Of a DNA stretch of 64,000 bases, positions 1 to 12,524 are shown piece by piece. This stretch comes from Psilocybe cubensis (lineage: Eukaryota). The DNA lies in NCBI GenBank assembly GCA_017499595.2, contig CM038998.1:372001-436000 (forward strand), given 5' to 3'. Position 1 is the first letter of the stretch; each line of letters opens with the position of its first letter. The position numbers and the translations under genes are program-made. The notes beneath the pieces were generated by a model. That model made no database searches. It was not told the origin of the DNA and saw only the letters and a list, made by a program, of their open reading frames with translations.

Positions 1-381
1 AGACTGACCAAGTATTTCTTATAATGAATGGATGAACATACCCATAGAGGAGCATCAAGGCTAAAGTTGTGGCGCCCAAATTTCATTCGAAAGGGGTTCT
101 AAATGACCCCCCTGAGAAATATTCCAGTCAATGGGAGAGGACTGTGACACTGTGTGTCATAGAATAAAACTCTTTTGACTTGACGAGTGATAGGATTTAA
201 CCAAAGATATTGTTTGTGTTACCCACTCCTATGACAAAGAATCATATGCTCCGTCATGCCGGTTTAAACATTTGTTCCGTTTATCATCTGACTTTTGTTT
301 GGCGTCGGTCGTGGGAGCGTAAGTAGACCAGTGACTGGTCATTGAAGAGGGAGCGGATTCCCTTCAAAAAGAACCTATACC

Positions 382-3179
382 ATGCTGACATCAAGCAGTC
401 AATCAAAAACACAAACAACTCTGAGGAATGCCTCTGGTGGCAAGCGAAAAATCGATGATTACTTTCCCAAAAGGCGTTTAGATGCGACACAGTCGCCTTC
501 ACAAGCCACCGCCGCATCAGTGACTCCAAAGCCAACATCGATCACAGCCGACGATGGAAGCGCCGCCGCCAACCAGCCGGCGGCAAAGCGGGTGAAGCGG
601 GAGGAGACCGTCGGAGAGAAAAAGACCAAGCTACGGCAGAACTCGCGGGCAAAGTTGCGCATGTTCCCTTTGTTTCCATTCGATGTTATACTCGAGGTGA
701 GCCTTTCGTTCCACGCGTTTTTAGCGCGTTTTGACGCGACAAAGATCTTCAGCCACCTAGTGCCCCTGGATCTCCTTCATCTGAGCCGGACCACCAAAGA
801 TCTTCGCGCGATTATTATGCACCGTTCATCTGCAGCGGTGTGGAGGTCTGCAATGGCCAGCGTGCGCGGAATGCCTTTGTGTCCTGAAGATGTGTCGATA
901 CCCTCTTGGGCCCATTTAGTATTTGACACATATTGCCAGGTGCGGTTTTTCATAAAATACACGAATTATTGCTCATTTGTTTCAAGAATTGCTTGGCTCC
1001 AAATGTCAGATACGTTAATTTCGAGTTACGCGTGCGGATTTGTACAAAATGCTCCAAGTTTATGCAAGTCATTTCTCGCACTCGGGACTTTGAAGCGCTG
1101 ATAATTCCACGGATAGGCTTTTCTCAGCTGGCGAATTGGACCTCGCAAAAGATGAATTCCACAAGATCTTGCACGGGGTGCTTATGTTCAGCACATGGAA
1201 CTCAAGTATGCATAAAACAAGTCAAAAATTTCTGGCTTACAGACCCTCTGTTCTAGGGGAAGATATGACCTGTACGGTCAAGGAAAAGGAAGAGTTTATA
1301 GAAAAGTACAATACCATGCCTCAGCACGAACGTCATCAACTTATTGAAACGAAGAGAGCTGCTAAAAGATGTCACAAAAAGGTACTTCTTGCCAAAAATA
1401 GTCTTCGTCTTTGTCCCCTTTTCATCTCGTTTCTAGCTGGCTTGTCAATGGAACGACTGGTTCGAGGAGCGTACAGAAAGTCGCCTAGCCAAAATTTTCT
1501 CTATACGGCTTTACAGGTCTAATGTGTACGTTTCGAATTCATTTTACCGTCCATTTTCTTGACCATTATCCGTCTAGCATTCGCAAGAAGTTACGGGAGC
1601 TTGGTTACAGCTCTGAACTGTTCTTTCTCGACCAATTGAGCATTGGAATCTGTGCTATCAGACCGTTACCGGATCATGAACCTCTTGATGACCTTCCCGA
1701 CGTCAGAAAACCTCAGCCTTTGACGGAGAAAGGTCTGTTCACGATCTGACCTCTCATCCCTTTTTTCTTACAATCCATATTTACAGGCTGGGAGAGAATC
1801 AAGCCCAGGCTTATCAAACACATGGAAAAAACGAGAGTGCTCGTCAACAGTAACAATCAATTACGGTTGGTCCAGAAACGTGAGGCGCTCCTCCATAACG
1901 CTTATGTCTGTTGGCGCCGTACACCGGACGTTCTGGCAGCGTATCCTCCGGATATGTTTCTGCCTGGCGTCGCTGATATTCTCGCTTCTCCTCCCTTCTG
2001 TGAGTTTATTCAGAATGGACGGCAGACGCAGGAAGAGGACTTTGATCACGAACGTGCTACGGATCTCATCAAAGCTCATTATCCCCTGCTGATGACAAAG
2101 TGGAGGAAGGAAAAAGTGGGGAAGCTGTTTGAAGATCTGATATCTTCTCGCTCCTTCGTGTGCGACTTTCTCGCCGAGTATATCACTCTTCCGTACATTT
2201 CCATGGAGCGGAAATTGCACTATCTGGAACGAGCGATATGTGTCTTCCGGTGCAACGACTTTTCAGTTCATTACGCTTACAACACCAAACGGTTCAAGGA
2301 CGACGGGATCTGGGACGAAGGTTCGCCAAGGCACCTCTGGGATGTTAACGAAGACCACGAGCCCTGTCTCTGGTACCCCCATTTTTTATTCCATCCATGT
2401 ACAACAATGGCCCATGACGACTGGTATGACCGCGAAAAACCGGCACTCTCCATGGAAAACGAGTACAAAAGGAATATGGTAAGGGTCCCCTGGGATAGCG
2501 ACAAACTCAAGTTTGACGAGACGGCATCGAAAATTGTCAGGCAGCTTCTGAAAACTGCTGGCTTACCGATCACGACGACCACTGAGGAAATGGATGATCT
2601 TGACCACCGATTTGTGTGCTTGAAATGCACATTCGGTGCTAAATGCAATGGCTCGCGTGTAGTCCGAGTTTGGTCGTGGCGAGACGCGGTGAGCACGATC
2701 GAGCGTAAATTATATTGATATCCCAGCCTCATTGATTGTGGGACAGGTGCAACACTCCATGAAAGCCCATTTCGGCAGTTCTATTGTGACGTGGGAGTGC
2801 CTATCCCCTGAAGATGCCCAAATCGCTAGAAAGTTACAAATTGCCGAAGGAAATAAGCGTGGATATCTGGACTATCCCGCGAACCGATCCTCCAAACGCT
2901 GGAGATGTATGTGCTGTCGTGATACCCCCTCTGATGTTGGCAGAATGAGGTTGTCGAGAATGAAGAATCATTTTCTGTCTAACCCGTTAGTATTTTATCA
3001 TCTTTATGTCGTTGTGCTACTCTGTCGTTGGCCTTACTCACTCCATTTATGATCTCTGCAGATTCGACCATCCCGAATTCGAACTTGATAGAGAAGATGA
3101 ATTGTATTATGAGGCGCTTGATTACTGTCCTCGTAAGCTTCCGCCTGTCAGAATGGCTCCAGCAGCACAGACGCCATGA
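382..3179 (+). CDS. F-box domain protein, Agaricomycete expanded family (multi-exon)
   Basis: F-box-like FPLFPFDVILE|IFSHLVPLDLLHLSRTTKDLR then W..A..G.P.CPED.S.PSWAHLVFD..CQ.C. Later Cys motifs RFVCLKC and WRCMCC. ORFs 382, 1136, 1522, 1822 and 2732 join through short GT-AG introns; the last exon ends ...MAPAAQTP-TGA at 3179. Confidence 0.8.
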
Positions 3180-3641
3180 AATTCATTACACCGTATCTAT
3201 ACAATTGAAAAATCCGAGTATGGTTGATTTGTACGGCCAAGCATATTAACAGGGATCAGAGCTTGTGTGTTGCTTTTGTGTGGTGTACCTTAAGGAGGCA
3301 ATGAGGCTCAAGCCTATAGATAGGTACTGTTTAACCATTACTCGATGCACCTATACATATTTATGCTAAAACAAGACCCCTGTTGATTTAATTAGCGCCA
3401 ATAAGGGCATGTGGGACGAGCAACTTCACAACATCGTGTTCTGTGTTTGAACTTCGTGTGGATTCCTCTCACCCAAATAGACGTAACGACAGCAAACCTC
3501 CTTGCCTTGAGACAATTTTGGGTTTCTGCTCACAGGTAAGTAGAAGTATAAAACTGAGAACACTAAGAAAGGTTTGTGGTATCTTGTATCTTTCTCTTCA
3601 TTCCCCCCTTTTCTGTTTCTAGAGCTCCTTTCAGGCCACCT

Positions 3642-4368
3642 ATGTCTTGCAATTTTTTTCCGGATTGTACTTGCTCAAATACGATCCCGCATACTAAATC
3701 CTCAGGATCGCTCAATATTGAAAGTCCACGCCCGATACAGGGTTGGAAGACCTCTGCTCTACCTGTAAGTTACACACGCTGACTTGAGCACATTTGCTTG
3801 ACCATGTTCATCCGAATAGTGGATAAATAGAGAGGATTATGGCGTCGATCCTATCCAGTCAAACCCAGTTCTAGAGGAGCAAACTAACACCCGCATTTTA
3901 TACAGCGATATGCAAATCGGAGGAATTGATAACGTGGACCCAGCAATGTTCGATAGCACCGCGGCTCTGCCCATCTTCAACGATGGAGACATGGACTCAA
4001 ATTTCGCCAATTACGCCCCCCACGCTACGGAAAATTTTGTAAATGAACGGTGGACTCCTTCCGAGCCCGCCCCGCTCCAGGCGGTAAATGTGTCCGGCTT
4101 CGATAGTGCTCTTCGGCTTTACGGTGTGCAAACGTTCACGTCTCCTCTTGTGCCCATGACATTTCTCTACCCTTCCAACGTTTTCTATCCGTTATTCCAG
4201 TCACCTGTCCTGATTATCAGCCCTTCTTTTATCTGTCAATCAACTTGGGCAACGGGGTTTTGGACTGCGGTAAACGAAGAGAGAATTTGCGCGTTTATTG
4301 GCGTTCACGTTCAGCCCTTGTTGTATAACAATGGGCAACCTTATCGTTATGTTGAAGATTTTCAATGA
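3642..4368 (+). CDS. Hypothetical protein, 2 coding exons
   Basis: ATG at 3642 (MSCNFFPDCTC...) splices through a gtaagt...aatag intron (~3765-3818) in frame into WINREDYGVDPIQ... and ORF 3910-4368. No recognisable domain. Confidence 0.45.
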
Positions 4369-5165
4369 TCATGACGATGCTGGAAAGGTTTGTCCAATTA
4401 TCAGTAGGCCCATATGAAATAGTATGATGTACCTTCTTCAGAAAAAAAATTATTATTGCATGCCTCAAAATATGGGATGGTGCATACCTTTTCAGTTAAT
4501 TCGTTTGTAGGACTATCATTCAAGGGGCCCCTAAAATTGCAAAGGGCGTTAGTACGCACCACATGTGTTTAATCTGTACGTGTTCGTTCTACCGAAAACC
4601 ATCCGCTGCGGACAGAGATGTTCCTTTAAAGGCGGCAGGTAAATAGCATGACTCGATGGCATCACTATCAGGACGTACCGTTATCGCATCACATCTTACA
4701 GATTTCCTGAACGAGGCTTGTCGGAACGAATTCTTGAAAAGATTGTTGTTTTACGTTCCTTCCTGAACACAGGGGTCATTTCGCATCGTTCTTCTATGTG
4801 TCTCCGAGGATCGATAACAATCAGTGTGGGATTTCCATACCTACAATCAGTCGGAATATCCAATGGAATTCAGACCTGCATGACTCGTTGTTAGATCGAG
4901 AACTGCACACAACGATTAGAAGCATGTCATCTTTTTAAAATAAAATCATGTTAGATGCGATGGGATGTGTGATCGACGCACGCAGCACAGCCCCCACAGC
5001 CTACTGGAACTATAAAGCGACGTCGAATTGCCCTGGAGCCTCCCTATCGATCTTCCACAGGAAGGTAAGTGCCCTAGTCCACAGCTTCTAGCCATTTTTT
5101 GACATGTCATCTTCCTCGATAACGTAGACGATGCGTGCCTCAAGGTTCATGGCCTCAAGACCGGC

Positions 5166-5715
5166 TGTAAGAGGTGAGGATAGCGATCGCTTTCCTGAGT
5201 CCTTCGTACTCTGGCTGATCATTCTATCCTTAGCTTGAATCGTGCCATCAAGAAACCGTTCGCAACGTCGGTTGGCACTGTAGTAGGTTCTGATAATTGA
5301 GATGGACTAAAACATAAAAAAGAACTGGTAAATAGACGATACCGAGATAGACGTAGTTGAGGTGCAGACAGATATAACTGACAAACAGCAAAGCGCCACG
5401 GACCACCGACAGGGAGTAATCGACACGCAAGAAGCCATCGACACAAAACGGCGGCATCCTCGACAGACGACACGACACAATACGACCAGTTAGAATCGAC
5501 AAGCGACTCGGCACATACAGCACACGACAACCAGCAACACCTAAGACTTCAAGCCTCAAGACCTCAAGGTTCCTGGGGAAGGGGAGCTTGGACGACCAGG
5601 CCATATCATTAGACGGTGGCTGGGCGGAGCGGCTCTCCTCGTGCATACCTTGTCGTTGGTCCCTGGGCTTCGACTCCTCAGCGAGTCGGGGTGTGGTCTT
5701 GCTGGTGCAGGAACA
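5166..5715 (-). mobile_element. Possible solo or partial LTR relic
   Basis: About 550 bp bounded by TG...CA (TGTAAGAGG...GGAACA), strong strand skew and repeated CCTCAAG words. No TSD and no partner LTR in the window. Confidence 0.35.
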
Positions 5716-5960
5716 CACCTTACCAAATGCACGTTAAAAACAACCTTGTGCTCTTCAGTCGTTCGCGTCGATCTAGTATTTCGAACGAGTCAAAGTAGAT
5801 AGATGAATAGATTGCGGAGTATGATTCCTAGTTGATGCCTCAAGAGCGCAAATGCTATTCAGCGATTCAGCAAATACACAGATAAGAAAAAAAAGGATAT
5901 AAATTAGTTTCGCTGATGATTAGTACTTGAGCTCTTTTCGATATTCAGGCGCGGACATGT

Positions 5961-8434
5961 CTACCAAATGCCCGTGTTCCATTCCTTCCACGTCGACGTC
6001 GCCTTGATCCATTCGAGGAGCTCAGAGCGTTTCACTTGTGTGCCTTTGTCTGCGCTCTCAATCTTGACTTTCTTGCCATCGACAAGCTCCCATCGTTGTT
6101 CTTTGACGGTCACAAGTCCGGCTTTGAGTTCGTCGGCGCCAAGGATGATCGCGAATGGCACCTCGTCCTTCTCACCCGCTGCAAACTGAGCAGCGATCTT
6201 GGGCTTGGATTTGGCGAGGAAGTCAGACTGTAGATCATAAAGCCACGCGAGACATCGCGTTAGAATGAGGGATATCATATACATTGCAAGTGAAAACAGA
6301 CCTTGATACCAGCAGCTCTAAGCTCCGTAACCAGCTCAACACGCTCCGCCAACAGTCCATCACCCGCGCTCATAACGTACACCATCGTGCCCTTCGCGCG
6401 ACCGCCCTTCTCCACCCACTTAGGCCACACCAGAGCAAAGATACGGTCCACGCCGATACTGACACCCACACAGGGTGTACTGCCGCCAGGGCCCATCGCC
6501 TTCTTGCCCTCTTTCGAGTTGGGGTCCACTCCAGCGGCGCCGGCAAGGAACGCACCCACAAGCCCGTCATACCGCCCACCGGCGGCGATGGACCCCACGC
6601 CGACTTGGGATTCGTCGATCTCTTTCTCTTCGTCGTCGGCAGCAGTGGCTGCGGACTTGGACTTCTTCTTGGGAGCGGGTGCAGGTGTAGGTGGGGCAGC
6701 GTCGGAGGGAGGTGCGGCGAGTGCGTTGGCATCCTTGAACCCAGGTGGTGCGCTGGCTTCTACGATTGCCTCATAGATGATTCCTGTGTAGTAGTCGAGA
6801 CCGCGAGCCAGTGACATGTCGAAAGAGATCTGTAAAATGTTTAAGTACGCAGCACCGAAGAAGAAGAAAAAAATCTTGTCACTTTGTCGAGAATCTTGTA
6901 CGCCTTGAGCAGGCCAAAGAGGATAGACATTTCGCTGAGGCCTTGTTTAGCACTTTTGTTTGAGGAAAGCAATTCGTCGGCCTCCAGAAGTGCCAAGAGT
7001 TCAGGTCCACCTGCAGACTGTTGAGCTATGTGAAGAATAGGCAGTGAACATACGAACCTTTGTGCTTGACGTATTCTCCAATCTTGTCGGCCACAGCTGG
7101 ATCAAGGCCTTTCTCCTCCGTCATCTCCTTCTTCACCTCGGCCCATGGAAGCTGGGTAACGAGTCAGAATTAGGTTGCACAAAAAGAAATATAAAGTATA
7201 CCTTGTCTAATTTGTCTACAGCAGATGAAATACTTCTAATCTTTTCGGCGGGAACACCGCATACTTCAAAGATGCCGTCGAGAATTTTACGGTGGTTGAG
7301 CTTGATGGTGAATTCACCAACGTCGAGCTTGGAAAGAACAGTGCAAAGCATGCTCAAGATTTCGCCATCGGGAATCATGGGATCCCAGTGCCCTGTGATA
7401 TCAAAGTCCTACAGGAACATAAACAACTGAACGATCAAAAAGCGTGAACTGAACATACGGCTTGCATGAACTCTCGCATTCTGCCTTTGCTCATCACCGG
7501 GTTGTCACGTCGATATACCTTTCCGACCTGCCAGATCTTGCTCTGGGGCGCGGTACCTCCAATCATGGCGACATATCTGGCGAGAGGAACGGTGTGGTCG
7601 TATCGCAGTGCTAACTCTTCACCTCCCTGGTCCTTGAGATCGAAAATGAGCTTTGCGTCCTCGCCATACTTGTCCGTCAACACGTCCTTGCGCTCGAACA
7701 CGGGCGTGTCAAGACAAGAACCACCGTACGTTGTGAATGTATCCTTAATGATACGGTCGATGTGTTCGCGACAGAACATCTCGGCGGGGCCATAGTCACG
7801 GGTACCCTAATGGCAAAGAAAAAGAGAGGACATTAATTACGGAACGAAATAAAGTAATACCAGAACATACCTTGGCAGTCTTCAGCAAAAGCCTCTCCTT
7901 CTTCTTCTTTTCCTGAACCTGTTGATCTCCTCCTTCAACCTTCTCAGCCTTCTCCTTCTTCTCCTTCCCAGCACCTTTGGCAAGCGCTAGCGACTTTTTC
8001 AGATCCGAAAGTGTCTTCTTCGCGTCGTCCAGGGGCTCTCCCTTTAACCTCAGTTCGTTGAACTTTGCGGTTTGAACGACGATCTCTGCCTCTAGTTCGG
8101 CGATGCTTAAACCCGATGTAGACGCCATCGTCGATTGCGTTCGTCGATCGTGTGATATAGATCCTTGGTGGGGAGGTAAGACGGAGGCGATATCAATGAA
8201 CCTGCCTGGGCTTCGTAAAATCGGGGTTTTCAAGACTGCCTTTGCTAAAGCGGTCCTAGAAGTACACGAAATGCGTTGAAAGCTATGAAAACGGCGACAC
8301 TGACGACCCTTGATCGTCGGTGAGTTGTGGGCAGTGTCGATGGAAACGAAATGTGAGGTAGACTCTGAAACTAGCTGGCGATATAGAGACCTTGCTGACG
8401 ATGATACAGATAAAGAAGGAGCTTTATGGATCAT
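5961..8434 (-). CDS. HTS1: Histidyl-tRNA synthetase (class II), probably serving both cytosol and mitochondria
   Basis: [87 protein letters not shown] and an anticodon-binding C-terminus. In-frame ATGs at 8434 and 8128. Confidence 0.97.
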
Positions 8435-9140
8435 CCAGCTCTAATTATCTTTTTCGGTGGATGCCAAATTTCCGTGTGACCGTTGGCGGAGGCAAGATCG
8501 TTTGTGACGTCGGCTAAGTCGGCCGCGGCAGCTTCGGTTCTCCTGATCAGACTCAGCCTGGAAAGAATTAGTGCAAAAGAATCCTGGACAGAAATTCGAA
8601 CAGACTATCATTTATTCCTAGCTTTTCCCGGTAGCCCAACCATCGACCTTGCGCAAAATTAGGGAACGAAATAGAAGATATCTTTTGCTCCAAAGTCAAC
8701 AGGCCCGCCGATGTCCCACATCCATGATTATACAGACATAAGCCTTTCGGGCTAAAACACAAAGTCTACATAACAAAGTGTATCATAAAAATCGTAAAAC
8801 AAGGCAACGGAATTTAAGGCGAAAAGCTCTGTGTTAATGACTCGCAGTCAAGTTCAGTAAAGTAAGTACCAGTTCGTACCGGAAAGGTATATAAATTACT
8901 CGTTCCTAATATTCGTATAGCGCATGTCGATCGTCATTAGCGTAAGCAACACCATCCACCCCTCGACACACACTTCTAGTCTTGGATACAACATTCCTAC
9001 ACCTCCGTATTTCTTTACTACACTGGTATCATCCATCTCCTCGTACAAAAACGTAACTTTGGTCATCACAAATAGTCTGTTTCACCACTGCCAACCGATG
9101 AGCTTCAAAGATCGATAGACCATATGGATCGACCAGTCAT

Positions 9141-10863
9141 TCAGGCCTTCTTCCCTTTGGGGGTGCTTGGAATTGATCCGTTTCCTTGAATTTGCTCCTT
9201 TGCATCGCGCCACACACCATTGGCATCTCGTCGCTGGACTCTGAAGCAAGCGACGCCCAAGTACTCCGTGATATCGCCAATGACAAGGGTCACAAAGCGC
9301 GCGTACGCGATAAACGAGACGGCAAGGGTAATCCACACAAAGATCGTAGTGTGCTTCTGCGAGCGTTGGATAATCGGAGACCTACGAGTCAACGCCTCCG
9401 TCAATTTCTGCCCACTCAAATACACACAACCAAAATGACAAAACTTACATTCCGAATAACGGCAGGTTGGCGTCGAGCCCGCCGAGGAAGCTCCACACCC
9501 ACACCCAGTCCCAGACAGGGAACTTATCCTTCGTAACGTGTGCCAAGATCATGCGGCCAACCATATGTGCGAACTGGAGACCCCACGCGCAGAGGAACGG
9601 CACGAAGGCGGCGGAGTCGATGATATACGAGTTGTTGAATTTGGGGTGGGAGAGCCAGAGGATCTGAAGGATGGAGGTCAATAGGAAAGGGAATAGGAGC
9701 AGCAGCGGAGGAGTAGTTGAGTGGGTTAGATGTCCCGCAGATGAGGATTTTGATTTCAGAGAGAGAGCGCGTCGGACGTTCATGTAGGACGTGATGATGT
9801 TGAATCCGAGCCCCAGAGCACCGAAGACCATAAATGACTCGTTAAGGGGAAGATCTGGGAGTCTGCTGATCAGAGGGACGTGGTTAAGGCGGGTAAATGT
9901 CCAAATTCCCTGTTCCCAAAAGCCAGGACCTAATGGGGGTCAGGTATGTTAATGTGAAGGGAAAAAAGTCGCGCACCGTAGAAGCCACTGATGATATAGA
10001 TGGCCACAATCATCAATATTCCTTCCACAGGGCCAGAGAAATATCCCAAGTACAGTTGGCCGGTATGATACTCCTCCCAAGTTGTGAGGTAGAAATTGGC
10101 AAGGGTGGCAATTTGAGATGCTACTGTCCACCAGCTTCGTCCGAGCCCTAGAGCGCGAGATGCGAGAATCACTTCGAGCTTCGGGTCCGAAAGGTTAGAC
10201 AAGGAAGAAAACCAGCAGTAGCGTTTCTTACAGTCGTGTTCAGCGCGTCACAACCTGTCAACGACAAGAAAGGAAATTTGAGAATCGCCTGCACGACACA
10301 TGGCACCAGAACACGCACCATGATCAAACAACTCCCCAAGTGGTCCAGCCATTCCTGTTCTTCGTGCTTGCTTACTGCAAAAGAGATAAGGACCTACAAA
10401 CGTTATTATATCAAAGAACGTACCCATCGATGGCATCCAAAGTCTGATAAGCAAACAAACTGAACCCCCATGTGAAGTAGATCCATTGTGGTGGTCCTTG
10501 GTCTGGTGAGCCGTCTTTTTCTGTGAGGTAGCATGGGTCGTAGTAGATGAGCGTGAAGAAGTTTAGGAAGATGATAGATAGGCCGGTAAGTGTGATCTGA
10601 TGTCGCCCTTGAGCAAAAAAACGCTGTCAGAGAAGAAAAATCGCAACATACCGTGTTGGGAGCTATGTTCAAAGGCCACAATGTGACGAACCAAGTCCAA
10701 AATGGATTAAGAACGTAGCCCGAAAGCAATGACCTATGAAAATCAGATTTAATAATGCTCAATGACTCTGCAATGATGCATCTGGTAGAACTTACTTATC
10801 AACACCCTTGTAGGCATATTTCTTAAGATTCTCGAGGTTCTGCTGCGGGATATAACGACCCAT
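9141..10863 (-). CDS. Choline/ethanolamine phosphotransferase (CPT1/EPT1 family, CDP-alcohol phosphotransferase)
   Basis: Spliced MGRYIPQQNLENLKKYAYKGVDKSLLS...APNTITL and the CDP-alcohol motif LDAIDG|KQARRTGMAGPLGELFDHG|CD; FYLTTWEEYHTG, GPVEG; several transmembrane segments. Confidence 0.95.
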
Positions 10864-12524
10864 TATACGATATATTTCTGAAATCAGGAATATGATTAAA
10901 AATGCTTAACAACTGTACACGACGATGCTCGCGACGTTGTGTGTACAACCATATTTGCGTCATTAATGACCATGGTTACTACCCCGTCGGTGTATCGACA
11001 GAATTTGATGTGAAAATTGGACGCACTACTTGGTATTAGATGAAAAACTCCAGTTCTAATGGTTAGCCGCACCTCCGAGTTCAAACCCGGAGCGAAAGGG
11101 GGAGGAGGAAAGAGTTGTAAACACGAGCCACGTCGATGACGGTGAGTGGATATCGTACACGAACCTTTTTGATCGAAAAAATGCGGTCCTCATCGCACGT
11201 GATCCAACTTCGGACCGATTAGGGGCTACGCGCTACCCTTCAAAACAGCAGAAACTGATGTCTTTTCTCAACTTGAGTGCAAAAAATTTAGGAACACTTT
11301 TATGCTTCACAAATAGTACCCAATTGCTCAAAAAAAAGTAGTCCAATATACCTCCACTGTGAAATTCTATCCAAATGTGTTGCCGGTCAGCAAAAGGGAT
11401 CCCAGGATCACGCTCAAGCTGTCACATTACGACCGAAACTCCGACCCGATATCTTTTATTGGTTCGGCTTCTTTCTGTGACTTGTTGCGATCATTGTTAT
11501 GACCTGTGGGCGCTTAACAGTCGGTTTACCGTCTCAAGATTGTTCAGCAGACGAAATATAGGGGAAAAAAGAGGTGGGGTCTAGGGTACTCTATTAATAG
11601 AACTAGGAAGATTCTCCGAGGTATACCCCATCAATTTACGATTTGGCCCATCGATAAGTCGGCTTCAGAGGGTACAAATAAAGAGGGTGCTTACTACTGC
11701 TTACGGGATTCCCTGATCTATCTGAGCTGTACATAGGTATATCCACATGAATTTTTGAGCAATGACAGTGAGGTGATGACTTGAATTTCACTACTCGAGT
11801 TTTCCTCCAAAAACGAGAGGTTGATTCTTGAGGCTATGCCAAAAATATCAGTTTCTAGTACAACAAAGCGCTCTTGAGTATTGTGATATTCACTGTGCTA
11901 CTATGCTCTCTCCGCAGTAAGTATAACGTCGAGGGAGGTAGGATATTCACACGGTTTAATTTTTTTAAACTTCTGTTCATTCTCAGAACATCATAGAACG
12001 CCGAACAGATGTGCTGGCGCGGGTCCAATAAAGGGCACATCGCTTTCGTCTCAACGAAACACGGTCACGCATTGCACATACGTTTTGGGACCGTGACTCC
12101 AAGGGTCTCCGCTTAATTTCTGTGGCATTACCCTTCCTTTCCTCACCTACCCACTTCTGCCTACTTCTCCCCCGACCATTTATCCCTCACCAGCAATCGT
12201 TACAGCTTATTGCTGCAGTAAGTAGTCTTCCAGCACCTAGTAGAATTATTTGACCGAACAGCCGTAGGATCCAAAGTTTCTGCGACTTCCCCATTCCCGT
12301 GAGGATTGAGCGCATTTAGCGAGGTATGTTCTTGGGCTCTAGTAAGCAATAAGGCCCAGTCGCTGATGAGGCCTCTTAGTTGCGCACATTCTCGCACCAC
12401 GAATAAACCACTATCGACTCCGTGTCTGAATCCGCAAACCGTGAGTTCATCACCAGAGGTAATGCCTTGGAGTACTCTCTCAACGACTAATTCCGATTGT
12501 AGGCAGGTCGGTTTTTCTATAACG

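Noticed and set aside
6284-6814. Long plus-strand ORFs (176 and 157 aa)
   Set aside because: Antisense shadows of a GC-rich HisRS exon, with no independent motifs.
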